This document shows positions 1 to 8,299 of a stretch of DNA of 64,000 nt, one piece after another. The stretch lies in contig OY970325.1 in NCBI GenBank assembly GCA_963717145.1, positions 4,288,001-4,352,000 of the forward strand. Direction: 5' to 3'. This stretch comes from an uncultured Armatimonadetes bacterium (GTDB lineage Bacteria; Armatimonadota; UBA5829; DTJY01). A program made the translations under genes and the position numbers. The notes under the pieces were generated by a model. That model saw only the letters and a program-made list of their open reading frames with translations, did no database searches and had not been told where the DNA came from. How positions within the stretch are numbered: position 1 is the first letter of the stretch; each line of letters opens with the position of its first letter.

Positions 1-1
1 C

Positions 2-793
2 TTCAAGGTGAAGTGCGATTTCCGAATGCCGCCCACAGGCACTCCGGCCGAGCAGAAGCAGATCATCGAGGACCTGATCGTCACCGGCACGACGGGCATT
101 GCGATCTCCCCGGTAGATCCGGCCAACCAGACCGACATGCTCGACAATGCCGCCGGATCGGTCAATCTGATCTGCATGGACTCCGATGCGCCCAAGTCGA
201 AGAGGGTCTGTTACGTCGGTACCGACAACTACAAGGCCGGACTCGCCGCCGGCGAGGAGATCAAGAAGGCGCTCCCGAAAGGCGGCAACGTAGTCCTCTT
301 CGTCGGCACTCTTGACGCCCAGAATGCGACTGACCGCAAGAAGGGGATCGAGGATGCGATCAAGGGATCAAAGGTCCGCGTCGCGGGGACGCTGACCGAT
401 AAGACCGATCATACGAAGGCCAAGTCGAACGTCGAGGATGCTATGGTGACCTACCCGGACGTCGCGGGGTTCGTAGGGCTGTGGAGCTATAACGGCCCGG
501 CGATCGTGGAGGCAGTCAAGTCATCAGGGAAGATCGGCAAGATCAAGATCGTCTGCTTCGATGAAGATGTGGCGACTCTCCAAGGCGTCAAGGACGGCAT
601 CGTATTCTCGACGGTCGTTCAGAAACCGTACCAGTTCGGCTACGAGTCGATGCGGATCCTCGCGGCGCTCGCCCGCAAGGAGGACGCCAAGATTCCGGAG
701 AGCAAGGTTGTCGACACCGGTGTTCTGGTCGTCAACACCGCGAACGTCGAGTCGTTCTGGGCCGATCTGAAAAAAATGACCGGGCAGAAGTAG
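2..793 (+). CDS. Sugar ABC transporter substrate-binding protein (RbsB-like), 5'-truncated by window edge
   Basis: Periplasmic binding protein motifs (GIAISPVD, YVGTDNYKAG, FDED...TVVQKPYQFGY); first of three ABC genes. Confidence 0.9.
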   Translation, partial: FKVKCDFRMPPTGTPAEQKQIIEDLIVTGTTGIAISPVDPANQTDMLDNAAGSVNLICMDSDAPKSKRVCYVGTDNYKAGLAAGEEIKKALPKGGNVVLFVGTLDAQNATDRKKGIEDAIKGSKVRVAGTLTDKTDHTKAKSNVEDAMVTYPDVAGFVGLWSYNGPAIVEAVKSSGKIGKIKIVCFDEDVATLQGVKDGIVFSTVVQKPYQFGYESMRILAALARKEDAKIPESKVVDTGVLVVNTANVESFWADLKKMTGQK

Positions 794-815
794 CTTCGCG
801 CTCCAGGCCAACGTC

Positions 816-2339
816 ATGGAAGAAGCCTACACCACAACCTCACATCCGCCGCTGCTCCGGATGGAGGGGATTACCAAGCGCTTCCCCGGGGTCCGGGCGC
901 TCGACCGCGTCGACCTCGAGCTATATCCGGGCGAGATACTCGGGCTGATCGGAGAGAACGGTGCGGGTAAATCGACGCTCATGCGCATCCTTGCCGGCAT
1001 CTATCCCGCGGATGAGGGCTCGATCCTCTTTGATGGCTGCCCGGTGCGCATCTCGGGCATCCATGACTCCCTCGCGCTCGGAGTCTCGGTCATCCACCAG
1101 GAGCTGAATCTGGCGGACAACCTCGACATCGCGACCAATATCTTCCTCGGACGCGAGATGACCCGCTCGCCGTTCCGAGTCGTGCGCAATCGGACGCTGA
1201 TGGATGAGGCGAAGAGGCTCACCGCGAGCGTCGGCCTCGATGTGCCGGTCACTACGCCGGTCGAGAAGCTCTCACCTGGCGAGCAGCAGCTCGTCGAGAT
1301 CGCAAAGGCACTCTCGATGTCCGCGCGGATCCTGGTGCTCGACGAGCCGACCAGTTCTCTGTCTCCGAACGAGGCGGAGTGCCTCTTCGCAGTCATGGGC
1401 CGGCTCAAGGCGCAGGGCGTCTCGATGATCTACATCTCACACCGGCTCCCTGAGGTCGAGGCGGTATGCGACCGAGTGGTCGTGCTGAGGGACGGCGCCC
1501 GTGTCGGCGAGCTGACTAGCGAGGAGGTATCGAGGGATGCGATGGTCCGCCTGATGGTGGGACGCGACATCTCCCGCTTCTTCCCGGGCGCGGGGAAGTC
1601 GCACGGGGGGCCTGCGCTCACCGTTCGAGGCTTTCGTCCGGCCGATTCGGAAGGCGCTTTCGACTTCGAGGTCCGCCAGGGCGAGATCCTGGGCGTATTC
1701 GGATTGGTGGGATCGGGGCGGACGGAGCTTGCCCGGAGTCTCTTCGGGGTCGAGCCGTCGCTGGGCGGTGAGGTCCTGGTCTTCGGTGAGCCGACGAGCA
1801 TCCGTACGCCGCTCGATGCGATCCATCACGGGATCGGCATGGTGCCCGAGGACCGGAAGTACCTGGGAGTGATCCTGGAGATGTCCGTGAAGGAGAACAT
1901 TTCGCTGCCCGATTTCTGCTCCGGCAGCACGCGGATGGCCCTGCTCGACGAACGCCGGGAGACGCGCATAGCTGAGGAGCAGGCCAAGGCGCTCGACATC
2001 CGCACCCCCGGGCTCGGGCAGATGGTCGAGTTCCTCTCCGGCGGAAACCAGCAGAAGGTGGCGCTGGCGAAATGGCTCGCTATCGAGCCGAAGGTCCTGA
2101 TTCTGGACGAGCCGACGAGAGGGATCGACGTCGGTTCCAAGAGCGAGGTTTACAGCCTGATCCGCAGGCTCGCGGACGAGGGCCTGGCGGTGATCATGAT
2201 CTCCTCCGAGATGGAGGAGATCCTCGGCCTGGGCGACAGGGTGCTCGTCGTCCACGAGGGCAGGCAGAAGGGTATCCTGGAGCACGATGAAGCCGCTGAG
2301 GAGAGCATCATGCGCCTCGCCACGGGGGGAACGATATGA
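816..2339 (+). CDS. Sugar ABC transporter ATP-binding protein (two ABC domains, RbsA/MglA-like)
   Basis: Walker A GENGAGKST, LDEPT twice, LSGGNQQK signature. Confidence 0.95.
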   Translation: MEEAYTTTSHPPLLRMEGITKRFPGVRALDRVDLELYPGEILGLIGENGAGKSTLMRILAGIYPADEGSILFDGCPVRISGIHDSLALGVSVIHQELNLADNLDIATNIFLGREMTRSPFRVVRNRTLMDEAKRLTASVGLDVPVTTPVEKLSPGEQQLVEIAKALSMSARILVLDEPTSSLSPNEAECLFAVMGRLKAQGVSMIYISHRLPEVEAVCDRVVVLRDGARVGELTSEEVSRDAMVRLMVGRDISRFFPGAGKSHGGPALTVRGFRPADSEGAFDFEVRQGEILGVFGLVGSGRTELARSLFGVEPSLGGEVLVFGEPTSIRTPLDAIHHGIGMVPEDRKYLGVILEMSVKENISLPDFCSGSTRMALLDERRETRIAEEQAKALDIRTPGLGQMVEFLSGGNQQKVALAKWLAIEPKVLILDEPTRGIDVGSKSEVYSLIRRLADEGLAVIMISSEMEEILGLGDRVLVVHEGRQKGILEHDEAAEESIMRLATGGTI

Positions 2340-3295
2340 AGAAGATTCTGGGCATGACCCTGCTGCTGGTCGCCCTGTGCATTGCCATCGACCTGGTGAA
2401 CAACCGATTCAGCAGCACGGTGAACTTGCAGAATCTGAGTCGCCAGATCGCGCTCCTCGCGATATTCGCGATCGGTGAGGGCATCGTGATCCTCTCGGGC
2501 GGGATCGATCTGTCGGTCGGCTCCGTGATCGCATTCACGGGTCTATTCGTGGCCTATGCTGTGCAGAGTTACGGCATGTCGCCCTGGGCCGCCAGCGGGA
2601 TCGTTCTCGCCCTCTGCGTGGTGATCGGCCTGGCCCACGGCCTGCTGATCACCAAGGTGAATCTCCAACCGTTCATCGCCACGCTCTGTTCGATGCTGAT
2701 CCTGAGGGGACTGGCGCGCGGTCTGACCAGTGACGGGACGATGGGCTTCGGAAACGAGTCGGTCGCGTTCCGGTCGCTCGGCGATGGGAACTGGCTCGGC
2801 ATACCGGCGCCGGTAGTGATACTCGTAGTAGTGGCGGCAATCGCTCACTTCTTCATGCGGTACACGGTCTACGGCAGATACCTCTATGCGATAGGGCGGA
2901 ACCCGGACGCGGCGCGGTATTCCGGCGTGAGAGTCGATAGGATGCAGACCGGCTCGTATCTGGCCTGCGCGGTCCTCGCGGGGATCGCCGGAATCCTATA
3001 TGCCGGCTACACGAACTCGGTGCAGCCGGCGACCACCGGGCAGGCGTATGAGCTGTATGCGATCGCGGCGGCCGTTCTCGGCGGATGTTCGATGCGAGGC
3101 GGTGAGGGCACCGTGCTCGGCATCATTGTCGGGGCGAGCATCATGCGGGTCATGTACAACGGCATCATTCTGGTCAAGATCTCGACCTATTACGAGTTCG
3201 CCGTCATCGGCCTCGTGATCCTCATAGGCGTCGTCGCCAACGCCTCCGTCAAGCGCCGCGCGGCCCGAGTTGCCAAGCAGCCTGCCAAGACTTGA
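2336..3295 (+). CDS. Sugar ABC transporter permease (RbsC-like)
   Basis: Hydrophobic; GGIDLSVGS, YAIGRN..AARYSG, YELYAIAAAVLGG motifs; ATGA overlap with upstream gene. Confidence 0.95.
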   Translation: MKKILGMTLLLVALCIAIDLVNNRFSSTVNLQNLSRQIALLAIFAIGEGIVILSGGIDLSVGSVIAFTGLFVAYAVQSYGMSPWAASGIVLALCVVIGLAHGLLITKVNLQPFIATLCSMLILRGLARGLTSDGTMGFGNESVAFRSLGDGNWLGIPAPVVILVVVAAIAHFFMRYTVYGRYLYAIGRNPDAARYSGVRVDRMQTGSYLACAVLAGIAGILYAGYTNSVQPATTGQAYELYAIAAAVLGGCSMRGGEGTVLGIIVGASIMRVMYNGIILVKISTYYEFAVIGLVILIGVVANASVKRRAARVAKQPAKT

Positions 3296-3321
3296 AGCTG
3301 GATGCACTTTGCAGGTCGGCA

Positions 3322-4530
3322 CTACGGTCGGGCGGATGGAGTGGCGCGATCCTGTCCTGCGCCTGCGAAGGCAACCTCGGGGCAATCGGGCGTCAAGTCG
3401 TAGTACGCGATGACGTGATCGAATCTTTCGAGGATGTCCCTGGGAGTCAGTCCGTATTGGCTCAGGGAGTAGGTGTGCTCGCTTCTGTACGTGCGCGACT
3501 TCGCGTGCTCTTCCCTCAGGCACTCCGCGAACGCCGGACTGATCTCGAGGCCGAGGCGCGCATACAGGTCCCTGGCGGTCGCATAAGGGTCGGCTATCAG
3601 ATCGTCATAGCGGACAATCGCATATCGGTTGTCCAGCCAGTATGGAAGGCGTTGCATGGGGTACAGGTACCAGTGTCCCGCCATCTCCAGCACCCTGTCG
3701 CGGAAAGAGCATCCGCGAGGATCATTGTCAAGGAAGCCCCACGTATAGTACATGTAGCTCAACAGGGACGGTATCGCCCGGAACGGGTCACGCACGTTGC
3801 AGATCACCTTCGCGTCCGGAAAGTACTCGTCGATCGCATCGATCCGGGAGGTGAAGGCCGGGTTCTTCGATAAGAAGTGCTTGCTAGCGCCATGGACGTA
3901 GAGGTGCCGCTGAACGCATCGGCGGTAGAACGACATGATCCGGTGCTTGTCCGCCGCAGGTGTCGCGCTGTCGAAATGAACGAGGTGCCAGAGGATCTGT
4001 GGGAACGGAAACAGGTGCAATAGGAATATGCTCGAGAACAGGGGAAGAAGCAGCATCTCGTCTTCCTCGGGCTGAAAAAGGCTGACCTTGTGGATCTTGC
4101 TCCCACTGGCGAATACTCGATCATCGAGGGCGTGGACCAACCTGCGTCCGAAGCCGCCGAACCGCCGATCGACGGCCGCCAACGCCATCAGGAGCTTTCG
4201 CTCCGTGATCGAAGGCGCGAGCAGCATCTCCCACAACTGCATTGTTGTGCAGTTCTCGGTGTCCCGCGACAGCATCCGATGAAGGAAGGTTGTGCCGCTG
4301 CGCGGTACGCCGAGGATGAATATCGGAGTGCGGATTACGATTGCCCGGTATTTCCTGAAGAGTACCTCGTCCAATAGGAACCCAAGCCAATGGCACACTT
4401 GCAGGAAGAGCAAGACGGGGGCGAGGATCGAGAGAATGCCCACTCTCTTGAGTGTAGGCCGGGCAAAGGTGCCTCTGCTGTGAAACAGACTCAGCCACAG
4501 CAATCGAAGGTATTGTCTGAACCCGGACAT
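3322..4530 (-). CDS. Sulfotransferase family protein
   Basis: PAPS-binding motif IFILGVPRSGTTFLH, KNP, VRDP, RYDDL; start taken at MSGFRQY (ORF track extends to 4653). Confidence 0.85.
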   Translation of the reverse strand: MSGFRQYLRLLWLSLFHSRGTFARPTLKRVGILSILAPVLLFLQVCHWLGFLLDEVLFRKYRAIVIRTPIFILGVPRSGTTFLHRMLSRDTENCTTMQLWEMLLAPSITERKLLMALAAVDRRFGGFGRRLVHALDDRVFASGSKIHKVSLFQPEEDEMLLLPLFSSIFLLHLFPFPQILWHLVHFDSATPAADKHRIMSFYRRCVQRHLYVHGASKHFLSKNPAFTSRIDAIDEYFPDAKVICNVRDPFRAIPSLLSYMYYTWGFLDNDPRGCSFRDRVLEMAGHWYLYPMQRLPYWLDNRYAIVRYDDLIADPYATARDLYARLGLEISPAFAECLREEHAKSRTYRSEHTYSLSQYGLTPRDILERFDHVIAYYDLTPDCPEVAFAGAGQDRATPSARP

Positions 4531-4687
4531 CGCATCCTCTTCGGAGTGAACAGCCACTCCGATTCTAGACTCCCGCTCGACATCCGTCAAGCCCACGTAG
4601 GTTCCGGTCACCACCGACGATGCCGCCGAGAGCATTCGCAGATCTTGAGTCAAGCGGACATGGCGGTCCTGCCAAGTATCCTGATCA

Positions 4688-4716
4688 TTGCCATGCCCGG
4701 CCCATTCCGGTATAAT
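4688..4716 (+). promoter_or_regulatory. Sigma-70-type promoter for tRNA-Ser
   Basis: TTGCCA-N17-TATAAT 20 bp upstream of the tRNA. Confidence 0.7.
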
Positions 4717-4736
4717 GACCTCGCTGAGAAGTACAC

Positions 4737-4824
<88 letters not shown>

Positions 4825-4875
4825 TCAGAATTGCCTCATTTCATGAGGGCATTTGGCGTTCTTCGGTGAAGATGG

Positions 4876-5667
4876 CTACTTGGCCTCATAGCTCCTGATG
4901 GTCGCGAGTTCCCTGGGCAGGTGTATCTCGCAAGGCTCCCAGCCGATCCATTCGCCGCTCAGGTATCCGTCGTAGGAGGCTCCATGGAGGAGTTCGACCG
5001 CTCGACGATGGTCGATCATCCCTTCCCCGATCGGCACCAGCTTCATCTTCCCTTCTACGAGCACTCCATCGTGGAAATGGACATGGCGGATCCATGGTCG
5101 GAGCGTGCAGAAGGTATCGTCGATCGTGTGGCCGTGCCGGGCCGGATGCATGATGTCCCAGTTCACCGCGATCGCGTCGTCGTTCACGCGTCTCATGACT
5201 GCGGCCACATCCGCTGGATCACACCAGTGGTCGTGTGTTTCCAGGCAGACGGTCACGCCACGATGCCCTGCATGTTCCGCCACGGCTGCGAGAGACCTGG
5301 CGACGAGTTCGACTGCGTCCTCACGACTCACGCCATCGGGGATCGGCCCGCCGAAAACTCGCAGCCGTGACGATCCGACATCAGCCGCCAGGTCGATGCA
5401 CCTCAGGGTGACGGCGACTTCCTGCTCGGCGGCGCCGGGGTCGGCAAACTTGCGGGAAGTGGCCACACAGCAGATGGCGATACCGCTGTCCTCAGCCTTC
5501 TGCCTGATCGCCGCTCGTTTGGCGGGCGCCGCATCCAGCTCAATCCCGTGCGCGTGCCGGCTTTCGATGCGCGGCTCGATCCCATCGTAGCCATATCGCC
5601 TGGCCGTGGAAAGCATTTGGTCGAAGTCCTGTTCGGGACAGGAGAAACTCATGAAAGCGTATCTCAT
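4876..5667 (-). CDS. Sugar phosphate isomerase/epimerase (xylose-isomerase-like TIM barrel)
   Basis: GYDGIE, CLETHD, NWDIMH, HVHFHD, YDGYLSGE motifs; start at MRYAFMSF. Confidence 0.88.
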   Translation of the reverse strand: MRYAFMSFSCPEQDFDQMLSTARRYGYDGIEPRIESRHAHGIELDAAPAKRAAIRQKAEDSGIAICCVATSRKFADPGAAEQEVAVTLRCIDLAADVGSSRLRVFGGPIPDGVSREDAVELVARSLAAVAEHAGHRGVTVCLETHDHWCDPADVAAVMRRVNDDAIAVNWDIMHPARHGHTIDDTFCTLRPWIRHVHFHDGVLVEGKMKLVPIGEGMIDHRRAVELLHGASYDGYLSGEWIGWEPCEIHLPRELATIRSYEAK

Positions 5668-5830
5668 GACTACATGATAGCACGATGCGCGGCTGGGGTG
5701 AAAGCTCGGCGACTGCTGGACGTACGATGGGAAGATATCCCGGGGTTCAACTGCCGAAACACCGAGCCCAGGAAGACGACACCACGGTTTCCCAAACTTT
5801 CCTGCACGGCCGAGGCGACATATCACCCCC

Positions 5831-5990
5831 TTAGCAGTACCCGGGGTACTTCTCCTCGACCCACCGGCGAACCACCTGGCCGAACCTTGCCGCCTCCTCG
5901 ATTAGCTCCTTCACTTCTCCGCTGGACACGATTCCCGAGCGCGAGTAGGTCGAGAGGTTGCGGATCTTTCGGCACTGCTGGAAGTACCGA
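5831..5990 (-). pseudogene. C-terminal fragment resembling a HEPN-type protein
   Basis: YFQQCRKIRNLSTY.RSG.VS..EVKELIEEA..F...VRRW resembles the C-terminal half of small HEPN-like proteins; no convincing N-terminal half. Confidence 0.4.
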
Positions 5991-6364
5991 GCTGTCGAGT
6001 TGACGGCTCCGTCTGTACCCATCCTGGGTTCGATCGCACCCGATCTGGGTTCATTAGTGGCCTTGTTCAAGTATACTTTGTGAAAGCATACTTGAACAAC
6101 CCGGGGGAGGTTCTGAAACTACTGTGACCCATTCACGCGGTTCTGGTACAGATTCGTGGCAGGTCCTGCTGATCTCGGGTGATGACCTGCTGGGGTAGAG
6201 AGTTCAGTCATGGCTACCTGCCGTCATCCCACCCTCTCCGCCAAATCCAACTTCCGATTCTGCCGAAGAGCGGTTTGAGCACGCCTTGGAACCTGGTATA
6301 ACGAATTGGTCAGTCAGCGGCCTGATCCAACAGGCCGCCGAGACCTTAGTAGTGCGGGGTAGTA

Positions 6365-7858
6365 GTGCAACCAACAAATTCCAGACAACCGGAACGACCA
6401 GGGAGGCGTGGAAGCGATTCACAACGAGCCAACGGAAGCCTAAGCAGCGCAGTACCGCGCGGTCCGTGGTGGATCGGATATGTGGTCACGCTTGCCCTCG
6501 AAGCCGTGCTCACGGTTGGTTTGCTCGCATTGTCGCCTCTCTTCCCACTCGCCAGGTTCCCGATACCTTACGTCCTGCTGATCATGCTCGTCGCCTACGT
6601 TTTCGGCGAGGGACCGGCGCTCCTGGCGTTTATCCTGGGCCTCTTTGCCTTCGATTACTATTTTGTTCCTCCTGTCGGCACCTCTTTCCCACACGCAGAG
6701 ACTCCGGAAGGGTGGGCCGCACTCGTCGCTTTCATGCTTGGAACCCTGATAGTCGGGTTCGCAACTGTGCTCATGCGCAGGTCGAGGCAGCGCACGGAGC
6801 AGATGGCTCGGTCGCTGCACCAAAGTGAGTCGGATCTGAACAAGGCTCAGGCCGTCGCGCATGTGGGAAGCTGGCGGCTCGATGTGCGGCGTGACGAACT
6901 GCTTTGGTCTGACGAGGTGTACCGGCTCTTCGGCATTTCCTCGGGGACGTCTCTGACCTATGATGCATTCCTGGCTGCCGTTCACCCGGAGGACCGGGGT
7001 TTCGTCGAAGCCGCCTGGCAGGCGGCTCTCACGGGAAAGCCATACGACGTCGAGCACAGGATCGTCACTCCTGAAGGCGTCAAATGGGTCCGCGAGCGAG
7101 CCGAACTCGAGTTCGACGATCAGGGAGCGCTGCTCGGTGGGTTTGGGACCGTACAGGATATCACGGAGCGCATGGAGGTCCAGCGGCGGGAGCGCGACTT
7201 GGAGGAGCATAAACTGGAATTCTACCAGCGCACACTACAGGCGGCGACCAGCGGCAAGCTCATCGTTACGGATCGTGAGAGGATCGAGCAACTGGCCGGC
7301 CCTGCTTCGGCAAGATGGGAGGTCAGGGAGCCGCGCGACCTCAGCCGAATCAGAAACGAGGCGGCGGACCTGGCCGGAAACCTCGGCATGGATGAGTCGA
7401 GGATCGGGAAGTTCCAGGTGTGCGTCGGGGAGGCTACCACCAACGCTGTCAAGCACGCGGAAGGTGCGATCGCCTCGTTGCACGCCAATCACGACTCGCT
7501 CATCTTCTTTGTGGCCGATACAGGCCCTGGAATCGATGCCGTGATCCTGCCCGATGTTGCTCTGACACCCGGATTCTCCACTGTCGGAACGCTGGGCATG
7601 GGGTACAAGGTCATGCTCTCGTTTGCCGACAAGGTCTATCTAGCCACGGATCCGGACGGCACGGCAGTCGCCATCGAGATGATGTTCCGGGTCCCCGAGT
7701 CGAGTCCACTTCTGTCCGGACTTGCATTCCCGGCGGTCGGATCGGCGAGTGATCGCTATGGCCACCGACCGAGGCGAGTTCATATTGACAGCGGTGGAAC
7801 TCGCCGACAGACTGATCCAAGGAATGGGCTATCTGCATCGAGAAGGGGAAGGCAATGA
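6365..7858 (+). CDS. Membrane sensor: DUF4118-like TM domain + PAS + HATPase_c (RsbW-like anti-sigma kinase type)
   Basis: TM block with FDYYFVPP; PAS (AHVGSW...WSDEVYRLFG...VHPEDR, GTVQDITER); EATTNAVKHA, D.GPGI, G.GY; start codon uncertain. Confidence 0.8.
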   Translation: MQPTNSRQPERPGRRGSDSQRANGSLSSAVPRGPWWIGYVVTLALEAVLTVGLLALSPLFPLARFPIPYVLLIMLVAYVFGEGPALLAFILGLFAFDYYFVPPVGTSFPHAETPEGWAALVAFMLGTLIVGFATVLMRRSRQRTEQMARSLHQSESDLNKAQAVAHVGSWRLDVRRDELLWSDEVYRLFGISSGTSLTYDAFLAAVHPEDRGFVEAAWQAALTGKPYDVEHRIVTPEGVKWVRERAELEFDDQGALLGGFGTVQDITERMEVQRRERDLEEHKLEFYQRTLQAATSGKLIVTDRERIEQLAGPASARWEVREPRDLSRIRNEAADLAGNLGMDESRIGKFQVCVGEATTNAVKHAEGAIASLHANHDSLIFFVADTGPGIDAVILPDVALTPGFSTVGTLGMGYKVMLSFADKVYLATDPDGTAVAIEMMFRVPESSPLLSGLAFPAVGSASDRYGHRPRRVHIDSGGTRRQTDPRNGLSASRRGRQ

Positions 7859-8226
7859 CTGCTGAGGGAACATCCGGCGGAGCGCAGGTCGTGAGCGTCT
7901 CCGGCGAGATTGACTACTCGAATCTTGACGGCTTCTCGAAGCCTGTCGATGAGGCGGCGAAGGTTTCGCCCGCCGGTTTCATCATCGATCTCTCAGAGGC
8001 CACCTACCTCGACAGCGGCGGAGTGGCAGTCATCATATCGGCCTATCAGCGCATATGCCCCGAAGGAAGACTCGTGCTGGTGGTCGCAAACGACAACATC
8101 AGGGATCTCCTGGCCCTGATCCACCCGGAGATGCTTCCCAATCTCTTCATCCGCGAAGACCTCACATCGGCAGAGGCAGCCCTAAATGCCGACGACGGAT
8201 CTCCTCGCTCGCGATCCAGTCCTTGA
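7855..8226 (+). CDS. STAS-domain anti-sigma-factor antagonist
   Basis: VSGEIDY, IIDLSEATYLDSGG motif with phosphorylatable Ser; ATGA overlap with upstream kinase. Confidence 0.9.
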   Translation: MTAEGTSGGAQVVSVSGEIDYSNLDGFSKPVDEAAKVSPAGFIIDLSEATYLDSGGVAVIISAYQRICPEGRLVLVVANDNIRDLLALIHPEMLPNLFIREDLTSAEAALNADDGSPRSRSSP

Positions 8227-8250
8227 CTTTTCGCCGCTTTGTGGTATAAT
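8223..8250 (+). promoter_or_regulatory. Sigma-70-type promoter for GH3 gene
   Basis: TTGACT-N16-TATAAT. Confidence 0.6.
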
Positions 8251-8299
8251 GGGGCAAGTCAACAAGCCTCCCCCCACAAACTGTTGCAAAGGCATTAAA

